DNA of 63,962 bases, counting the filler, from Sanchytrium tribonematis (lineage: Eukaryota), in NCBI GenBank assembly GCA_018985235.1. It is 6 parts of 6 records of this genome, joined end to end, with 100 filler letters (N's around TTAATTAATTAA, not from the genome) between each part and the next. Parts side by side here need not be neighbours in the genome. Positions count along the whole stretch, not along the records: positions 54,883 to 63,962 come from JADGIG010000342.1; 5 more parts are not named here. One strand, 5' to 3'. Shown here one piece after another: positions 56,997-63,962 of the stretch. The translations under genes and the position numbers were made by a program. Under the pieces are notes generated by a model. It searched no databases, was not told the DNA's origin, and saw nothing but the letters and a program-made list of their open reading frames with translations. Each line of letters opens with the position of its first letter. Position 1 is the stretch's first letter.

Positions 56997-57726
56997 TTTT
57001 AAAATTTAAGTTTGACCCAACTCATCTGGGGAAAGTTGAGTGAAAAATTTGTTGAGCTGCCAAAGACTTTAGCACGTACATGGTCTGTCTATTACACGTA
57101 TTTAAATATTTAAATTTGACAATTTTGTCTCCTGGTGGATGGATTTTTTTTGGAAATTTGATATTTAGTCACGTGCCAAATGGACATTAATTTGACACTA
57201 AAAAAATACAAGATACACAGAGAAAGGGTTAAAATAAAGTACAAATAAAGACGACATTGTGAATAAATTTAAAAGATGAGATCATGCTCATTTATGATGA
57301 AGGTCTCAAAGTAGAGTTAGTCAAATGAGGAATTATAGGGTAAGGTTTGGAGATAAATGACTTTAATTAATTGGATAATGATCCATTTCTGTCCCCACGA
57401 CATTTATAGGAAAGAATCTTTATTTGATCTAAGCTGTCAAATATTGAACAATCAGTGGATATTTCTTCATCATCAACATTTCCACCTAGCATTTTGAGCC
57501 GGAATTGTAAGTGATAAAGTAGCAAAGGAAGTATTGATTGATGGATAGTCTGTTTTGAAACCCCCAATTACCCAAGGGGAGTTGAATTTGACTAACGAGA
57601 TGTCAGATGTCCAGAAGGCACAATTTGTGCAAAGATTACAGTGAATGGAATAAATATCTGAGTTACAAGTTCATTCATTGGCTAAATCGAATATTTTGAA
57701 GTGGGGAATTTCATTTTACATTTGTT

Positions 57727-60526
57727 TTATTCACTCAAATAATTCATCGTGTTTGCCCTATTTTTCTTCTTTAACTTTCTCGTCCAAATTGTAGCATACA
57801 ATACTCCTGCTAACACAACTACATTGATCACAAGTCTCAAAATCATGGAAATAGTCCAATGAATAATCAAATCAGGAACATGAAATTTAGTCAAAACATT
57901 TCCAAGTTGTGTTGAAATCAAAATACTAGATTGGGATATTTCAGCACTTTTGAGAGTAAGGGATGATGATGTCAAAATATTCCTATAAAATACACGAGTC
58001 ACGACTAAATTAAAGTGAATTACTGCTTCTATCATTATTTAGGGTTTCACTTGACAAATAACTCGATTCTGTGAAGATTGTTGTTGCCGTAGATTCACTA
58101 GAAGCAAATAATTGCGTAGATTCCAATGTTGATTGTGTTACTTTAGTGACTAATTCAATATTCGTAGTTTTAGATATTTGAGTTGTTGTTTGAGCAATTT
58201 GCAATTTGGCAGGCAAATAGTTCAAATAATACTTTTTACACATGGTATAATTGCTAATAGTAGTGCTGTTTAATAATGGATTGAATGATAAGTCGCAATT
58301 GGTTAATAAACTCGTGGAATTGATTTTTAAATCATAGACATTGGATTTACCCAATACGACTCTTGTGGGACTTTGTAATACTAAAACATCATTAAATGAA
58401 TTATTTTCATCCCTCAAATCACCCAATATGACAATTTTTAAAGATGCAGGAAATGTTGGAAATGGACCGGTTAGAAGATTCCCCTGAATTTGTAATTCTT
58501 GCAAATTGGGTGGTAAATTCGTAATGGGGCCTGTCAAATTACAATTTGTCAATCTCAATACCTTCAAAGTGCTTGGAAGTACTGGCCATGGTTGATTTAA
58601 ATTCGTATCTGCAATTATGAGAGTTTCCAATCCCTCTGCAAACACTGGCAACGGGCTTCTAATAGAACCATGGATCTCAATACTTTTAATTGATCCTGGT
58701 ATTCCAAATGGTAATTTAGCTGTCTGATTATAGATTGATCTGATGTACAATGATTGTAAAGTGGGAGGGAGATCTGCTACAGAGAATGCATAATCCTTGA
58801 TTGTATGCAATATAACATTTAAATATATATTTATATTTGTAACATTCTGATTAATACAGGTTAAATAACCTAGATTTGAATCACAGCAATTCTCATCAAT
58901 AAATGAAAAATCAAATGCCATTTTTTGAAACATTCGTTGGATATATGAGCATGTTTGTAATTTCACTGGATCTGTATATTTTTGAATATCATGTACACAG
59001 CTTGTCAAATTCGTCAAATCATTTTGTATGATATTATTTAATGAAACATCACAGCTACTTAATTCTATTGGATTTGCTGTTAATATTCTGTCAATCCAAT
59101 TGTCTCTAAAGTTAAAAGTATTGTAAAATGACCCTTTATAACCTGACATATCAACAACTCCTCTTATTTTATTGTGAGAAACATCTACGTCCATAACGGT
59201 ATTTCCACCCCAATTATTTTCAAAAGCATCAAAATTATTATGAGAAGCCGTAATGTATTTAAGTTGTGTCATCAATGGAATGGTACCATTCAGATTGTTC
59301 TTGTCAATAATTAGTGTTTGTAAGCTATTTGGCAATTTGCCAACAATTGAGCCAGTGAAACTATTTTCGCCCAGATAACAATGCTGTAAAGTTGTAAATG
59401 CAGAAAAGTCAGGAAACTCTCCTTAAATTCCATTTCCTGACAATGAAATCGTTTGTAGGGAATTTGGCAAAAGAGTGCTATTGAATGTTCCATTTAAATT
59501 TCTCAAATATCCCAGACCGAATGATGTAATGCTATTTCCGGTGCAAGACACTATTCCATAGACATCCTGGCAGCAATTGGGGGCATTTGAGATATAGCTA
59601 TAATAACTTGGGAATCCTAAATCAGCATTTAATTGTTTTAAAAATAATACAAAATTTGGACAATCTGGTGACGGAGCTGATTTCAATACAGTAAAACATC
59701 CCCGAGCTTGAAGACCAACCAGATCACTTGCATTGTCTGGTTCAAAGTATACACCAGTGGAACGACAAGAGGTGATTTTGTCCGGATTTGCTACAAATAA
59801 TCTATCAAAGTTGTTCTCAGAGATCGTTAAATAGGTAATATTTGGGGAAGAGATGGTCAAATTTCCAGTCAATCGACTTCCCAATAAATCCAAATATCGA
59901 ATACTTTCAAAATCAAAGGGGATGATGCCAAACAAATTACAATTTGACAAATCAACGACTTCAATGGTCTCTGGAAGCATTGGAAATTGACGAGGGAACG
60001 AATTAAATGCATAAGAATCATGGATTTCTCTCAAATTTGCCCTATTTAATGGCAGAATATCAAAAGTGTAAAATGGCGTATCCAAATAAACCAGAGTATT
60101 TGGCATTCTAGCTACAATCGGGACAATGTGATTACTTGTTCTCAAGTATGTGATGTTTGGGAAGACATCCACATCAAGAATGATATCAAAAGCATACAGA
60201 AAATCCAAGATTATAAGAGAATCGGGCAATTTCTTAATCGTAAATGCTTTGTCGCTGTTATAAAGGTCTAACACGCGTAGATTCGGCGGAAATACCACTG
60301 TTGGGTTAGTTGGTTTGTCATAATTGTGCTCTACAATAAATCCCCAATGTAATTCGACCACTCTATCATTTTCACAGACCACTCCAACTCCCAAACAACA
60401 ATCACTGTCATACTGCATAGCATAGTCCGAATTGGTGTATTTGATATCCAAATCTGTTGCTAATTGACGCACTACTGGGCAATCTATGGATATAGATTTC
60501 AATAAAGTAAAAAGTAGCGCGTACAT
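57727..60526 (-). CDS. LRR receptor-like protein with three Cys-capped LRR modules, stalk and TM; 19-nt intron; in-frame TAA at 59423..59425 (possible pseudogene or error)
   Basis: ORFs 59423..60526 and 58010..59335 share a frame (LSGNGI*GEFPDFS). Removing 58005..58023 joins 57727..58035. TM and tail are homologous to the 22640 gene. Confidence 0.8.
58005..58023 (-). other. Candidate 19-nt intron GTAATTCACTTTAATTTAG
   Basis: GT..TAG; removal restores the frame; contains the TAA that ends the unspliced ORF. Confidence 0.65.
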
Positions 60527-60606
60527 TTCAGATGGGTAATTTAAATTATACAGAATTTTTTACTTTTTAAATTAGAGCCATTCATCTCTCGCGTCATTAA
60601 ACTTAT

Positions 60607-61374
60607 TTATTTCTTTAACAATCCAAAAACAAAATCTTGATCCACCTTGTTTTCAACCCCTTTCACTTCCCACAATCCCTGTTCATCAATTCGATGCCAT
60701 TTTGGACTCCCAAACTTTTTAAAATCCACTTTACTCCAATATGATTTATCAGCAACCCCAATAATAAAATAACTCTTTAATAAAGCGTAACAAACAATCA
60801 AATATTCGTATTTCTTCTTTAAAGGATTAAATTGGATTTGAAAGTACAAATCAGGTGCAAATTCCAATTGGAATGTATCCTCGTGTTGCCAAAACCAGTA
60901 TTTCATTTGACTCAATGCATTTCCATACGTTGTTAAAATAATTGGCAGTAAATTTTGAATTTGTTGAGAATTAAAGAATCCCATTGGAAACCAAGTAAAT
61001 TCCTCAGGGTTCTCATTCAATGGAAATTCATCTTCTTGGTCGTGTAATTGTTCATAAATCTGTTGATACCAAAATACTTTACATTTTGATTTCTTTTGGT
61101 ATTTTGGGAATTCGTCCATTAAATAGTCAATCAAAGTTTCCACCGTCTTAAATTCCTCAATAATGGTCTTCATACGAAGATGATGGGTTATTTTGACTTG
61201 AAATTGATTCTCCTCGAAAAATACGTAAATTTTAACACTAGAGCCTCTTCCTCCTGTTTTAATTTCAAATTTTAATTCGCATGGAAAAGTATCACGAATC
61301 TTGGTAGCTAATTCCATATCATCATCACGAATCGCATTATAAAAATGGGTCATGATATGCTTGGGATGACTCAT
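60607..61374 (-). CDS. Hypothetical protein
   Basis: 255-aa ATG ORF; no recognisable motif. Confidence 0.7.
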   Translation of the reverse strand: MSHPKHIMTHFYNAIRDDDMELATKIRDTFPCELKFEIKTGGRGSSVKIYVFFEENQFQVKITHHLRMKTIIEEFKTVETLIDYLMDEFPKYQKKSKCKVFWYQQIYEQLHDQEDEFPLNENPEEFTWFPMGFFNSQQIQNLLPIILTTYGNALSQMKYWFWQHEDTFQLEFAPDLYFQIQFNPLKKKYEYLIVCYALLKSYFIIGVADKSYWSKVDFKKFGSPKWHRIDEQGLWEVKGVENKVDQDFVFGLLKK

Positions 61375-61388
61375 GTTTCAAAAAATAT

Positions 61389-62372
61389 TTATTCTTTTCG
61401 ATAAACTGAATATTGACACAAATGATCTAAACCCAGTTTACATTCATGGTTTTTAAATACTCTCAATAATGCTCTACTAATATTCATATAGTGAGTTGCC
61501 AATTCATGTGATTTTGGGATGCCCACTGTGCGTATCCTGTGTTTAATTCTTAAATTAGCATCTGGATTCTCTTTCATTGCAAAATCAGCCCACATTTGGT
61601 CATTCGCGCATAAAATAAAGGGAATATTAATAATTCCATCTTCAAATTCATCAGCATCTAAAATATCATCTTTAATCTGAAATGACATGCCCAATGCATT
61701 TCCAAATGAATAACAAATCTCATCTAAAAGATATGCTCCCTGTTTCAAATCAAATCCATGGTCTTTTGACTGTAATACATTGAATTCTGTTAAATATTCA
61801 TGGACTTGAGATGCTTTTATGACAATAGGATCAGATAATTTAGCAATAGCTTGACTAGATTTGGCAAATAATGAAGCAGTTTTTAATTTAGTCTTTTCCA
61901 ACACATTTGGCAGATTATGGGCATTTAATTGAGTTAATTCACCCATGACTAGGTCCATTAATATACTAGCTACTAATGCAATCACATTGGTATTCATTTT
62001 ACTCAATTCTTCTGATGCTTTAGCCAATAAATAATCTCCCCCTAAAATTGATGATTTATCAGAATGCAATTTGCGAATAGTAGGCGAATTACGTCGTGTA
62101 TCTTGCTGATCTAGCACATCATCATGCATTAATGAAGCTGTGTGTATCATTTCTGTGATTAATGCTAATTTGTATTGCTGCTTGGTGATATTTAAATCAT
62201 TTAATGGCTGTTTTGGCAAATACGTTTGATTGATACACTGGCTTAATAATATTAATTGGAGTGGTCTGATATGCTTACCACCTTGAAAATAATGTTTAAA
62301 TACATCTAAATTGGGTAGAAATGAACAAATGTCATTGGGAACATTTTTGACGAGATGTGCAAATTTTTGCAT
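61389..62372 (-). CDS. COQ1: trans-Polyprenyl diphosphate synthase (Coq1-like)
   Basis: GGKHIRP, EMIHTASLMHDDVLD (FARM), GDYLL, KTASL, FQIKDDILD (SARM). Confidence 0.9.
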   Translation of the reverse strand: MQKFAHLVKNVPNDICSFLPNLDVFKHYFQGGKHIRPLQLILLSQCINQTYLPKQPLNDLNITKQQYKLALITEMIHTASLMHDDVLDQQDTRRNSPTIRKLHSDKSSILGGDYLLAKASEELSKMNTNVIALVASILMDLVMGELTQLNAHNLPNVLEKTKLKTASLFAKSSQAIAKLSDPIVIKASQVHEYLTEFNVLQSKDHGFDLKQGAYLLDEICYSFGNALGMSFQIKDDILDADEFEDGIINIPFILCANDQMWADFAMKENPDANLRIKHRIRTVGIPKSHELATHYMNISRALLRVFKNHECKLGLDHLCQYSVYRKE

Positions 62373-63061
62373 CTGTTTGAAGAGGGGTATTTTGGAAATT
62401 TATCAAACTTTGTAAAGATTGAGACTGGCTAGATGGAATTTGTCAATGCGGGATTCCATTTTAGCATATAGAAATACCCCATTATTCATACCATTAAATT
62501 CAAATGCTCAGTTTTTTCAAATCTAAAATGAACGTGAAATCAGTCATTAAAAAATCTGGACTCAAATCCAAATGGACGTACGAAGAATGCATGTCCTTGA
62601 CTATGATGTAAATTACACTTGGATCGGTTGTAATTGATAGGCTTGAGTCTCGAAAATACTTGCAATTTGGAGGATACAGAAGCAGTTTCAATCCAGATTT
62701 ACGTCCTTCTATAATCAATATTTAGTGAATCGATACTAGTTTATTTCACTTAACTTAATTTATTTTGGGAATCTACATTTTTAATTAATGTGTCGCAGTA
62801 AATTCATCAACGTTTGATGATGCCTAAAGAGCGAGGCTCAGAAGTGGACGAGATGAAGGGGTGCGATGTGATAATTGGCTGTTATCAAACGTAATTCTTG
62901 TGATACTTGATCACAAAATTCTAATAAGGGAATTTGCATCAATTTGCGTGCAGAACTGGATTGGTTTATTAAATGAGATTATCAAACATTGGTGAATCTC
63001 ATATCATTGAGGAATTTTTTAGATAATAACTACATTTTATACTAAAATATTTTATACAAAT

Positions 63062-63157
63062 TCAATTAATTAATCGTCCCAAAATTAATTAATTGATTAA
63101 TTAATTGGAAGCGATTAGGGGCAGTAATTTAATTGCAATTAAATTTTCCGATTTCTG
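63062..63157 (-). mobile_element. Terminus of the same DNA transposon family as 32059..32536
   Basis: Reverse complement CAGAAATCGGAAAATTTAATTGCAATTAAATTACTGCCCCTAATCGCTTCCAATTAATT matches the sequence from 32059 onward. Confidence 0.8.
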
Positions 63158-63203
63158 ATTGCAACGGTCAAATATTTATTTTCTTGGGCACATATGACGT
63201 TTT

Positions 63204-63563
63204 TTAAGATATTCGTATGTGCTTTTCTGGTGGGCACTTGTTATTATCTTTAATATATTTGTACCCCAATATCCACCAATTAATCACTAAACCGGGAGCT
63301 TGTTTCCATTTTCCTCCGCTATTCAAAATGATCTTACGTCGTTTCCAGCAATTTCCAAAATTAATGTATATATAAAGATCATTGTTCGTGTTGGTATTGC
63401 AATCTTTGTATATATCACTTTTCAATTTTCTAAACAAATTTGAGACTTGTTTTTGAGATCGAAATTGATTGATTGGATATTGATTGTGAATTCCACAAGT
63501 GTCAATTGTCACCTGGAATGATGGAATATTTGCTGCGAATAAAATGGCAAGAAACGTAATCAT
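63204..63563 (-). CDS. Small secreted basic protein
   Basis: Signal MITFLAILFAA, 4 Cys, CCCC upstream of the ATG. Confidence 0.65.
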   Translation of the reverse strand: MITFLAILFAANIPSFQVTIDTCGIHNQYPINQFRSQKQVSNLFRKLKSDIYKDCNTNTNNDLYIYINFGNCWKRRKIILNSGGKWKQAPGLVINWWILGYKYIKDNNKCPPEKHIRIS

Positions 63564-63962
63564 GTACAAAAGGGGAATCCTCCTTTTTTATATCATGGGT
63601 GCAAGCAATTGCCATGTTTGCACCAATCAAGTACTGCATTAAATTAAAATCTCAATTGGCAAGTGCTTGTCGGCTAAACACTCTCGTACGGATCAATGCA
63701 TCATCCATAATTCATTTCAATGACTGCAAGAACAAGTGTATCAATTTGATTATGATAAAATCATAAACTGATGTTATTTGAATGACTTGACAACGACTCT
63801 TGTAGTTTCTGACTAAATTTTTTAACTATTTAATGATCGGTATGTTTTCATATCCGTCAAAAATGTATCCTTGTTTTTATCCAATGCAATAGTACCGTGA
63901 CAAGGTCCAACTGTAATAGCTACTAGTTTCTCCCTTGATTCAACATAATATGATATTCTCTT

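Noticed and set aside
59423..59425. TAA/TAG reassigned to Gln (in-frame stops at 59423, 2703, 14406, 37747)
   Set aside because: NDK, Prp21 and COQ1 end in TAA at the expected positions, and long conserved genes have no internal TAA or TAG. Three of the four cases are in probable dead transposons. Point mutation explains them.
62500..62718. Possible hAT dimerisation remnant next to the transposon terminus
   Set aside because: Only weak similarity in an alternative frame.

Overview
AT-rich, very compact, almost intron-free eukaryotic DNA with fungal-type genes (NDK, Prp21/SF3A1, NADP-IDH, Ctr, COQ1, cytochrome P450, GT69 and GT90 glycosyltransferases, two tRNA-Glu). An early-diverging fungus or close relative, possibly parasitic, is my inference; the species cannot be determined from the sequence. 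The window is not one locus. Five identical 100-bp spacers (N44-TTAATTAATTAA-N44) join six contigs, and the four complete ones decrease in size (10899, 10886, 10841, 10828 bp). Contig 2 and parts of contigs 4 and 6 are transposon debris (Tc1/mariner, piggyBac, SWIM/MULE, pogo, hAT, Helitron, LINE-type APE and RNase H). Main observations: (1) candidate 19-21 nt GT..TAG micro-introns; two of them sit in the stalk of two paralogous LRR receptor-like genes and contain the stop codon, so splicing versus retention would give anchored versus secreted proteins; (2) an 8-member tandem array of secreted ankyrin-like proteins with a shared 5' leader and E-box/CRE module, one member apparently fused to an atypical kinase; (3) a CCC motif just upstream of most start codons and AATAAA at or next to stop codons. 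All calls are by eye; no database search was run.
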